Origin: a virus
Virus record (IMG/VR): IMGVR_UViG_3300029305_003176
Reading direction: 5' to 3' (one strand)
Length of the DNA stretch: 64,000 nucleotides
A program made the translations under genes and the position numbers. Every line of letters begins with the position of its first letter. Within the stretch, counting starts at the first letter, position 1. Positions 34,422 to 42,647 of this stretch are shown here, piece after piece. Below the pieces are notes generated by a model. That model had not been told where the DNA came from. It searched no databases and worked only from the letters and a program-made list of their open reading frames with translations.

Positions 34422-34645
34422 AAGTTAAATTTACAACAATGGAAGAGATTAAGTTATTTATACAGTATACTTCTAATTTAAACTCAAGAGTAACTATATA
34501 CTCTGGTAAGTATGTTGTTGATGGTAAAAGTATAATGGGTGTTTTGTCATTAGACTTAGCAAACACATTGATTGTTGTTGTAGAAGATGTGGCAGACGAA
34601 GAAAGATTAGCTCACAAACTTAAAGAATTAGGTGTGTTAGTTTAA
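34418..34645 (+). CDS. HPr-like small protein lacking the phospho-His motif
   Basis: GKYVVDGKSIMGVLSLDLANTLIVVVEDVADEERLAHKLKEL parallels HPr [43 protein letters not shown]. The GIHARPA His15 region is absent. Confidence 0.35.
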   Translation: MKVKFTTMEEIKLFIQYTSNLNSRVTIYSGKYVVDGKSIMGVLSLDLANTLIVVVEDVADEERLAHKLKELGVLV

Positions 34646-34681
34646 AACTTAAATAAACTATAAATGTAAAGGAGATACTCA

Positions 34682-35917
34682 ATGAAGGTTATAAAAAGAG
34701 ACGGAAGAAAAGTCAAATTTGACAAAGATAAGATCAAAATAGCCGTTCTTAAATCTTTTATAGATGTAGATGGAGAAGAAAGTACCTATGCAAAAGATAA
34801 AGCCAGAGAGATTGCTAATTATATTGAAAGTCTAGACAAAAATATGAGTGTTGAAGAAATACAAAATATAGTAGAAACGAAATTAATGGCAAGTAATCGT
34901 AAAGATGTTGCAAGAGCTTATATTATTTATCGCAATGACAGAAGCAGAATTAGAGAACAAAATAGTAAACTTATGATAGATATAGGAGAAAAACTTACAG
35001 CATCCAATGTTCAAAATCAAAATGCTAATATTGATGAAAAGTCTTTTGGTGGAAGAGTCGGAGAAGCAAGTGATACTGTCCTAAAAAAGTATGCTTTAGA
35101 CAACTGTATGTCTGATATGGCTCGTGAAAATCATCTCAATAATATGATTTATATTCATGATTTAAATAGTTATGCAGTAGGAATGCATAATTGTTTAAGT
35201 ATTCCATTTGATAAATTACTTGCAAATGGATTTAATACTAGACAAACAGATGTAAGACCTGCTAATAGTATTAACACTGCTTTTCAGTTGATAGCTGTTA
35301 TCTTTCAGTTACAAAGCTTACAACAATTCGGTGGCGTTTCTGCGACTCACTTAGATTGGACAATGGTTCCTTATGTAAGAAAAAGTTTTATTAAACATTA
35401 TCAAGATGGTATGAAGTATATTTGCAATGCAAATGCAGAGTTAGATATGACAAAAGATTGGTCAAAGGTTTCTATTGAAAATGATTTTTATAAAAATACT
35501 TATCCAAAAGCATATCAATATGCAATGGATATGACAATTAAGGAAACACAACAAGCAGTTGAGGGTATGTATCATAACCTCAATACATTACAATCGAGAA
35601 GTGGAAATCAGTTACCATTTACAAGTATTAATTATGGCACTTGTACATTACCTGAAGGACGTATGGTAATAAAAGCATTATTAGAAGGTTCTATTAAAGG
35701 TGTTGGTAAATTTCATAAAACATCAATATTTCCTTGTGGAATCTTTCAATGTATGAAAGGGGTAAATCGTAAGCCAGGAGAACCAAACTACGATTTGTTT
35801 AAATTGGCATTACAATCTACTGCACAAAGGTTATATCCTAATTATGCTAATGTGGATTGGAGTGGTAATGAAGGATACGATATTGATGATCCTAAGACAT
35901 ATTTTAGTACCATGGGT
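34682..35917 (+). CDS. nrdD: anaerobic ribonucleoside-triphosphate reductase NrdD, exon 1 (ATP-cone + N-terminal catalytic region)
   Basis: ATP-cone MKVIKRDGRKVKFDKDKI. Exon 1 ends …YFSTMG|; the track stop at 35918-35920 is the first intron codon. Confidence 0.65.
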
Positions 35918-36748
35918 TAAGAATACACCACAGCTCATATAAAACTCGGTGAACTCAGAAAACTGAGGTGTACATTACACGAACAAGGAATTACAGGAAA
36001 TGGTAATTAGGTAATGTGCTAACAGGGGAACGCAAGAATCCTGTGCGAAATTAATTGTTAATCTTACTCAAAAGGAGTAGGAATGGTAATACAAGGAAAA
36101 AGAATAAAAGAAAATATTGTTTATAGAAAAATATATGGAATATGGAAAAATATGAATGACAGATGCTATAAATCAAATTGTGACTGTTATTCGAATTATG
36201 GATCAGTTGGAATAACTGTTTGTGAAAGATGGAGAAACTTAGATAATTTCATAGAAGATGTTGACAAAATTGACGGTTTTGATTTGGAACTAATATTACA
36301 AGGAAAATTATCATTAGATAAAGATAAAAAACTTCATAATAATACAATGTATTGTTTAGAAAATTGTACATTTATATCTAAAAAAGAAAATAATAAATAT
36401 AAACCGCATCAACAAAAAGAAATAATAGGTATCTCTCCAGAAGACAAAATCTATGAATTTAATAATCAGAGTGAGTTTGCTAGATTACATAAATTAAGAC
36501 AAAGTAGTATTGGTGATTGTTTAAGTGGAAAATGCAAAACTCACAAAGGATGGAGATTTTATTATAAACAAGATTAACAATTATAATCGTTAAGAGACTA
36601 TCGAAAACATAGCATAAGAGAAATACTTATGTGAAGAAGCGAGTAGAGTACATTTAAGGTGAAATTCCTTATTTGGAAGTGCCGAGCATTTGTTATTTGG
36701 TAAAAGAATAATAAATGAAGATATAGTCCGGTAGGCAAAGGCCTATTG
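35918..36748 (+). mobile_element. group-I-type intron in nrdD (831 nt) carrying a homing-endonuclease ORF
   Basis: Splicing …ATG GGT|…|TGT AGA ACC restores the class III RNR motif MG-CRT in frame. The last exon-1 base is U and the last intron base is G (omegaG). T4 nrdD (sunY) carries a group I intron at a comparable position, which is known from the literature. Confidence 0.6.
36083..36577 (+). CDS. intron-encoded putative homing endonuclease (Cys-rich IYGIWKNMNDRCY…GITVCERW DNA-binding motif)
   Basis: Free-standing 164-aa ORF with its own RBS (aaggagtagg) inside the intron. The N-terminal motif is typical of phage HNH/AP2-associated endonucleases. Confidence 0.45.
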   Translation: MVIQGKRIKENIVYRKIYGIWKNMNDRCYKSNCDCYSNYGSVGITVCERWRNLDNFIEDVDKIDGFDLELILQGKLSLDKDKKLHNNTMYCLENCTFISKKENNKYKPHQQKEIIGISPEDKIYEFNNQSEFARLHKLRQSSIGDCLSGKCKTHKGWRFYYKQD

Positions 36749-37744
36749 TGTAGAACCGCAAATGGATATGATATTAATGGCTTTGGTCAGTTAAAAGATG
36801 GTCGAGGTAATATTTGTCCGGTAACAATTATTATGCCAACATTAGCTATGAAGGCTAGAGAATTAGAAGTAGATGCAATAATGGAATCCAACAATGGGGA
36901 ACCAGAAGCAGATATTGATGTTGTTGAAACATTTATAAATATACTAGATGACAAAATTCATGAAGCAAAAGATATGCTACTTGAAAGGTTTGAATGGATT
37001 TGTAGTCAATCATCAGATTCGGCAAAGTTTATGTATGAAAATGGTGTTATGGAAGGATACGATGGTAAAGATATTCATTCTGCATTAAAACATGGAACAC
37101 TTGCAATTGGTCAATTAGGACTTGCAGAAACCCTTCAAATTCTTATTGGTTGTGACCATACAGAAGAAAAAGGAATGGAGCTTGCAAAGAAAATAGAGCA
37201 ATTATTCAAAGATAGATGTGTAGAGTTTAAAGAGGAATATAAATTGAATTTTGGAGTGTATTTCACGCCAGCCGAGAATTTATGTTTTACAGCTATGAAG
37301 AAGTTCAAGGAAGAGTATGGAGAGATATTAAATGTATCTGATAAGAAATTCTTTACCAATTCAATGCATGTACCCGTATGGAAGAATATGTCGCCATTTG
37401 AAAAGATTGATATTGAATCTCAATTAACAGGCTATAGTTCAGCAGGTTGTATTACTTATGTAGAATTACAGTCTTCAGTTAAGAATAATATTGAGGCTTT
37501 GGAGACAATTGTAAATTATGCAATGGATAAAGATATACCATATTTTGCAATTAACGTTCCTAATGATATGTGCATGAGTTGTGGTTACTGTGATGATATA
37601 AATAACGCTTGTCCTATGTGTGGTGGACAAGAAATAAGAAGACTAAGAAGAGTTACGGGATATCTCACAGGAGACTATACAACTGCATTTAATGAAGGAA
37701 AACAACAAGAAGTTGAATTAAGAGTAAAACATTTAAAGGAGTAG
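36749..37744 (+). CDS. nrdD: NrdD exon 2 (C-terminal zinc ribbon CMSCGYC…CPMCGG and glycyl-radical motif RRVTGYLTG)
   Basis: Glycyl radical site RVTGY and a Cys4 zinc ribbon, both characteristic of NrdD C-termini. The track ORF 36746..37744 starts at a TTG within the intron 3' end. Confidence 0.65.
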   Translation, partial: CRTANGYDINGFGQLKDGRGNICPVTIIMPTLAMKARELEVDAIMESNNGEPEADIDVVETFINILDDKIHEAKDMLLERFEWICSQSSDSAKFMYENGVMEGYDGKDIHSALKHGTLAIGQLGLAETLQILIGCDHTEEKGMELAKKIEQLFKDRCVEFKEEYKLNFGVYFTPAENLCFTAMKKFKEEYGEILNVSDKKFFTNSMHVPVWKNMSPFEKIDIESQLTGYSSAGCITYVELQSSVKNNIEALETIVNYAMDKDIPYFAINVPNDMCMSCGYCDDINNACPMCGGQEIRRLRRVTGYLTGDYTTAFNEGKQQEVELRVKHLKE

Positions 37745-37748
37745 TTTT

Positions 37749-38090
37749 ATGGTGTTAGCGACTAACAAATTTAAAATGAAAGATGCAACAAAGCAGAAAT
37801 TATTTCAAGCTGGGTTTCGCTTTCACTCGTTTAATAAAGACAGTAAAAACAATATATATGTATATACTTTTCCAATACATAAATACTTAAAAAGTACTAT
37901 GGTTGAATGTGAAATTATAACAGAATGTTGCACCGGAGATACTGTTTTAAATTTCTATGATAAAGTTGCTAAATCAATTTATCGTCCTTTCTATGGTATC
38001 AACACTCAACAATATTCAAAGAAATTTTTAAATTCAATGGACAGAAAAGTGAAAAGAAAATTGAAAGGACTTGGTATAGAATGGTCATAA
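37749..38090 (+). CDS. hypothetical protein (113 aa); not NrdG (no CxxxCxxC)
   Basis: ORF only. Confidence 0.3.
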   Translation: MVLATNKFKMKDATKQKLFQAGFRFHSFNKDSKNNIYVYTFPIHKYLKSTMVECEIITECCTGDTVLNFYDKVAKSIYRPFYGINTQQYSKKFLNSMDRKVKRKLKGLGIEWS

Positions 38091-38238
38091 CTACAGATAA
38101 ATGTGAACAGTGTGTATATGGACAAATTGAGGAAGTGTCTAAAGCAAAAATATATATTTGTTGCCAACAAAGAGATAAGAAATATTTTTATGGACAATGT
38201 ATTTCGTGCGAAGATTTTAAGAAGAAAGGATAATTAAG

Positions 38239-38676
38239 ATGAAAATAAACATTAAAAAATTAAACAACAACGCTGCTATACCAACAAGAGGAAGTAAGTA
38301 TGCGGCTGGTTATGATTTATATGCTTGCATAGATAAGCCTATAACTATTGCTGCACATTGTACTGAAAAGATTGGCACAGGATTAGCAGTTGAAATTCCA
38401 GAAGGATATTTTGGCGCCATCTTTGCAAGAAGTGGTTTAGCAACTAAGCAAGGGTTAAGACCAGCTAATTGTGTGGGTGTGTGTGATAGTGATTATAGAG
38501 GAGAATACATAGTTGCATTATACAATGATAGTAACGAAGCTAAATTGATTATGCCTGGAGAACGTATTGCCCAATTATCTGTTATACCATTTTTAGAAGT
38601 GGAGTTTAATGAAGTAGAAGAGTTGAATGAGACGGAGCGTGGTGAAGGTGGATTCGGTTCAACAGGTATAAATTAA
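38239..38676 (+). CDS. dut: dUTP diphosphatase
   Basis: dUTPase motifs AGYDLYA, GTGLAVEIPEGYFGAIFARSGLA, GERIAQL, and a C-terminal Gly-rich motif ERGEGGFGSTG. Confidence 0.85.
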   Translation: MKINIKKLNNNAAIPTRGSKYAAGYDLYACIDKPITIAAHCTEKIGTGLAVEIPEGYFGAIFARSGLATKQGLRPANCVGVCDSDYRGEYIVALYNDSNEAKLIMPGERIAQLSVIPFLEVEFNEVEELNETERGEGGFGSTGIN

Positions 38677-38688
38677 GGTGTGATATAA

Positions 38689-38886
38689 ATGATAGAGATA
38701 CCAATTAATTTAAAATTAAACCTTACGATAGAGGAAGCTGTTGCCTATTCTAATATAGGGGAAAATACTTTGCGTGAAGAAATAGTAAAGCCACATTGTC
38801 CATTTGTTTTAAAAATCGGCAATCGTAAATTAATCAAGCGTAAAGAATTTGAAGAATGGAACAGTAAACAATATAAATTAAAATAG
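38689..38886 (+). CDS. xis: excisionase-family DNA-binding protein
   Basis: 65-aa HTH protein (LTIEEAVAYSNIGENTLRE) immediately upstream of the integrase. Confidence 0.5.
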   Translation: MIEIPINLKLNLTIEEAVAYSNIGENTLREEIVKPHCPFVLKIGNRKLIKRKEFEEWNSKQYKLK

Positions 38887-38889
38887 TTT

Positions 38890-38945
38890 GCAAAAAAGGA
38901 TCTCAAGTGATATAATTGAAGCATGAATGAGATCCTTTTTTATTT
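38890..38945 (+). terminator. rho-independent terminator (10-bp stem AAGGATCTCA/TGAGATCCTT + T-run)
   Basis: Direct read. Confidence 0.7.
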
Positions 38946-38965
38946 TTTAAAAGGAGGAATAACTC

Positions 38966-40255
38966 TTGGGAAAAGATTTAAAAGGAAAAGAATTGGGAGA
39001 TGGTATTTCACAAAGGGCCGATGGAAGTTATATGGCTCGTTTTACAGACAGGTTTGGCAAAAGAAAAAGTTTTTATTCTGTTAACTTAAAAGAAGTGAAG
39101 GCTAAATTAGCCGATGCTATTTATGAGAACAAAAATAGAATGAATTTATCTGATGACACAATCATTTTAGATGACTGGTTTGAAAAATGGCTTAACATTC
39201 ACAAGTTTAATACAATCAGATTAAACACAAAACGTCACTACATACACGTATATAAAAAACATATTTCACCTAAATTAGGCAAGAGAAAGTTATGTGACAT
39301 TAATCAATTAATGATAAGAGAAGTGATTAAAGACTTAGTTGAAAATGGGTATCAATTTGAAACTCAGAACAAAGTTAAAATCTTATTAGTTGATATGTTT
39401 GACAAAGCAATCATTGATGATTTTGCTCGCAAGAATCCTGCTCGTGGTATTAAGCTTATTAGAGACGAGAGTGAAATAAAAAATATTCGTGTACTAACTG
39501 TAGAAGAACAACAAGAGTTTTTTGATTGTTGTAAGGGAACATTTTATGATAATTTGTTTACAGTCGCAATCAACACAGGGTTACGCCCCGGAGAAGTGTG
39601 CGCACTAAAATGGGAAGACATTGATTTTGATAAGATGGAGATTTCAGTAGAAAGAACCCTACTATATCAAAAGCTAGAAGGAGATGAACAAAAAACATTT
39701 CACTTTGAATTTCCTAAAACAAAACAAAGTAAGCGTAAAGTTCCTATGAATAAAACTTGTGCCATTGCCTTAAAAAAACAAAAATTGCAATCCAATATAG
39801 TTAAAGCTAAATCTGTGAAATTCTCATCTGTATCCGATGAATTTAAAGAATTATTATTTACAACAAAGTTTGGAACGCCAATTAATTCAGTTGTATTAAA
39901 TGATGCAATAAGAAGAATTGTCGATGAAATCAATCTGATTAAAGACCCAATTGAAGCGTTTGAAGAATTTTCTGCACATTGCTTTAGACATACTTTTGCA
40001 ACAAGATGTTTCGAAAGTGGTATTCAACCAAAGACGGTACAATCCTATTTAGGACACGCTTCTTTGAAAATGACAATGGATTTATACACTCATGTTCTTG
40101 ATATTAAAAAGCAAGAAGAAATGGATAAATTAGCAGAAACTATGGATAAAATATCAAATGTATCTGAGGATGAATTAGAAGATTTAGTAGATAAAAGATT
40201 TAAAGAAGTTGCAGATAAAAATAGCAATATCATTCCATTATTCGGAGTGGTCTAA
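38966..40255 (+). CDS. int: tyrosine site-specific integrase
   Basis: C-terminal catalytic motifs HCFRHTFATR…LGHASLKMTMDLYTHV (R-H-R-Y). N-terminal arm-binding-type domain. Confidence 0.85.
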   Translation: MGKDLKGKELGDGISQRADGSYMARFTDRFGKRKSFYSVNLKEVKAKLADAIYENKNRMNLSDDTIILDDWFEKWLNIHKFNTIRLNTKRHYIHVYKKHISPKLGKRKLCDINQLMIREVIKDLVENGYQFETQNKVKILLVDMFDKAIIDDFARKNPARGIKLIRDESEIKNIRVLTVEEQQEFFDCCKGTFYDNLFTVAINTGLRPGEVCALKWEDIDFDKMEISVERTLLYQKLEGDEQKTFHFEFPKTKQSKRKVPMNKTCAIALKKQKLQSNIVKAKSVKFSSVSDEFKELLFTTKFGTPINSVVLNDAIRRIVDEINLIKDPIEAFEEFSAHCFRHTFATRCFESGIQPKTVQSYLGHASLKMTMDLYTHVLDIKKQEEMDKLAETMDKISNVSEDELEDLVDKRFKEVADKNSNIIPLFGVV

Positions 40256-40600
40256 AATGCTGGTGTATGGCTGGTGTGGTTGAAAAATAATTGGTGTAGT
40301 AAAACTCTCAAACCCCTATAAATACTGAGTTTTTTAAATTGAAAAGTGCAGTAATTTATATTCTTATTATGTATATCAGGTAACACCTTACGAATTGTAA
40401 GGTGGATGTTCAAAAAAGCCTTTAAACATAAGGAAAATCAAGGGTTGCAAGACTTCAGTAATGATTACTGATTTGATGTAAATTCTTATAAATTCTTACA
40501 CTTTTTTATGAAATTGGTGTGGAATTGGTGTGGTTCACAAAAGTTGCTGGTGTGGTTAAAAAGGATCTCATTCATATGCATTTAAAATATAAAGTATAAC
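40256..40600. promoter_or_regulatory. attP-like region: 6–7 direct arm-type repeats (Y)TGGTGT(G/A)G(TT) in two clusters flanking a perfect IR CACCTTAC-GAATT-GTAAGGTG (40384-40404)
   Basis: Repeats at 40259-40300 and 40509-40556. Central palindrome. Location immediately 3' of int. Confidence 0.5.
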
Positions 40601-40618
40601 CTAAAGGAGAAATTATTT

Positions 40619-40843
40619 ATGGCTAGAAAACAGAAGAGTGTATATGAAAGAATTGAAGAAACAAAGAATGAAATTAATTTAGCAGAGGAGCGTTTAGCTC
40701 AATTCAAATCTCGTTTGGTAGAACTTGAAAATGAGAAAGACGATTTAGAAATGAGACAAACATGGGCCACTATCAAAAGCAATGGTTTAACCGTTGAAGA
40801 TATTCAAAAACTACTTTTAAAAAATAATAAGCAAACTAAATAG
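40619..40843 (+). CDS. hypothetical coiled-coil protein (74 aa)
   Basis: ORF with RBS aaaggagaaa. Confidence 0.35.
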   Translation: MARKQKSVYERIEETKNEINLAEERLAQFKSRLVELENEKDDLEMRQTWATIKSNGLTVEDIQKLLLKNNKQTK

Positions 40844-40845
40844 AA

Positions 40846-40880
40846 GTAAAAAAGGGGACTACTCAAAAGAGTAATCCCCT
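40846..40880. terminator. bidirectional hairpin terminator between convergent genes (AAGGGGACTACTC-AAAA-GAGTAATCCCCTT)
   Basis: Direct read. Confidence 0.55.
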
Positions 40881-40885
40881 TAATT

Positions 40886-41968
40886 TTACACTAATTCTAA
40901 ATCAGTTTTTTTCATTGTTGCGATTGGTATGCCTAAGAAAGTGATGCCTACTTTATCTCCACTTATGTTACTAACTTTGTAAGTCCTTCCGTAACAGAAT
41001 GATAATAATGATTTACCATCGTATGTTTTAGCTTTACCAATAATTTTAACGCTATCGCCAACCTTTATTTCTTTAATAACAGGTTTAACAGGTGTAGATT
41101 GAGTATTTGCATCCACAACAACAATAACACCATCAAAACCTTTAGCTCTTAATTTTGCTAACATATTATCAGCGTTTTCTTTAATTGAAAAAGCACCAGC
41201 TTGTACTTTATACCAACCATCTACTTTAGTAATAAATGCATCGAAGCCAGCAGCTTGGACATTCTTTAGCAATCTTTCGGCATTCTCTTTAACTGAAAAT
41301 GCACCAAGTTGAACTTTATATATTTTTTGACTTTCGGGTTTTACAACAACTTCTGGTGTATTTAATTTGTCTAATTCTGCCTTGATTTCTTTTCTAAATC
41401 CATCCATTGTTAATCCGTGTACTTTCCATAAATGCTCAACATCAGCGTGGTTAGAAGCTACGCCCCTTTTATATCCTTCAGAGTGGGAGATAATAACTCC
41501 ATCTGCAAGAGGGTTTAAATCATATTGCTTACATAAATATGCAAATAATTCAACAGCAGACTTATAGGTTCTCATGACAGTTTCTCTAGTAATAACACCA
41601 TCACCAAGTTCTGTCCAAGTTGCACCACCAACATATTTTATTGACGATGGTTCGCACATTTCTACGCCAATATGTGTATTATTAGCTTGTCCACCCGCAT
41701 GCCAACCTCTATGATTCCAAGGTAGTGTTTGATACACATCACCTGTATAACCATCAATGAAGGCGTGTACACAAGCAGAATTGAAGTTTGGGTCATTCCA
41801 ATATGAAACAAAAGCCTTAGCATTTGGTTGTGGACAGCCTACACTGTGAATCATTAAACCTTTTACTTCAATCTTTCTACCTTGTTGATAACAAGGGTTT
41901 TTTGTTAAAAAACTTTCAATAATATTCATTTTATCATCTCCTTTTAAACAACAAAAAAGACACTCCAT
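40886..41968 (-). CDS. endolysin: N-acetylmuramoyl-L-alanine amidase (amidase_2/PGRP) + two SPOR repeats + C-terminal binding domain
   Basis: NHRGWHAGG…HIGVEM amidase_2 core. Duplicated YKVQLGAFSVKENAERLL / YKVQAGAFSIKENADNML SPOR repeats. The true start is probably the internal MNIIESF. Confidence 0.7.
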   Translation of the reverse strand: MECLFCCLKGDDKMNIIESFLTKNPCYQQGRKIEVKGLMIHSVGCPQPNAKAFVSYWNDPNFNSACVHAFIDGYTGDVYQTLPWNHRGWHAGGQANNTHIGVEMCEPSSIKYVGGATWTELGDGVITRETVMRTYKSAVELFAYLCKQYDLNPLADGVIISHSEGYKRGVASNHADVEHLWKVHGLTMDGFRKEIKAELDKLNTPEVVVKPESQKIYKVQLGAFSVKENAERLLKNVQAAGFDAFITKVDGWYKVQAGAFSIKENADNMLAKLRAKGFDGVIVVVDANTQSTPVKPVIKEIKVGDSVKIIGKAKTYDGKSLLSFCYGRTYKVSNISGDKVGITFLGIPIATMKKTDLELV

Positions 41969-41991
41969 AGAGTGCCTTTTTATTAATAATG

Positions 41992-42642
41992 CTATAATTT
42001 TTGTTGATTGTATTGCAAATCAACTTCAGTTTGAATAGTTTCGTTTATGAAATTATACTCAATTGTTATACCTTCTTTATACATTTCTTCGGTGTAATTA
42101 TTGGTAATCCAATTGCACAACACCTGCGTATATATTTGATTGTATAATTTACTATTCAGTAATGTTTTATATATAATGCATATATCTTCATAAGAATATA
42201 GCTCATTCAATTCTCCAGATGCGTGATAAGAAATAAAATCACCACTTTTATAATTCGTTACAAGTCCTGATAAATTTATCTGATCTTCCAACTTATATGT
42301 AAATTTCTTCACATCTCCAGAGGTTAGAATGACTTCCTTTGCCATCGTGATAGCTACGCCACAAGCCTTTTTGATGTTCTTGATTATTTTATTTTTAATA
42401 GAATCTATTTTGATTGTCTCTTCTGTCAATTTGAAATAATCAATGCTGTTAATTACAGTATGACAATCTACTATTTTATCTGTATCTATCAAGATATTAG
42501 GATAATGCTTAACAATGTACTTTCGCATTTCTTCTGTGATTATGCAATGCCTATTATCTGCTAACAATTCTTCTGTTACTTCACTATAATCACCTAATAT
42601 CTTTCCTTCTTGTGTGAATAATATATATGTGTTCATTTGCAT
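41992..42642 (-). CDS. hypothetical protein (216 aa) between the tail fibre and the endolysin
   Basis: ORF; no TM segments, so probably not the holin. Confidence 0.3.
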   Translation of the reverse strand: MQMNTYILFTQEGKILGDYSEVTEELLADNRHCIITEEMRKYIVKHYPNILIDTDKIVDCHTVINSIDYFKLTEETIKIDSIKNKIIKNIKKACGVAITMAKEVILTSGDVKKFTYKLEDQINLSGLVTNYKSGDFISYHASGELNELYSYEDICIIYKTLLNSKLYNQIYTQVLCNWITNNYTEEMYKEGITIEYNFINETIQTEVDLQYNQQKL

Positions 42643-42647
42643 CCTTT

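Noticed and set aside
40256-40560. The repeat cluster downstream of int looked superficially like a small CRISPR-like array.
   Set aside because: The repeats are short (8-11 bp), imperfect, unevenly spaced and in two clusters around a palindrome. This is the pattern of integrase arm-type sites, not a repeat-spacer array. No cas genes are present.
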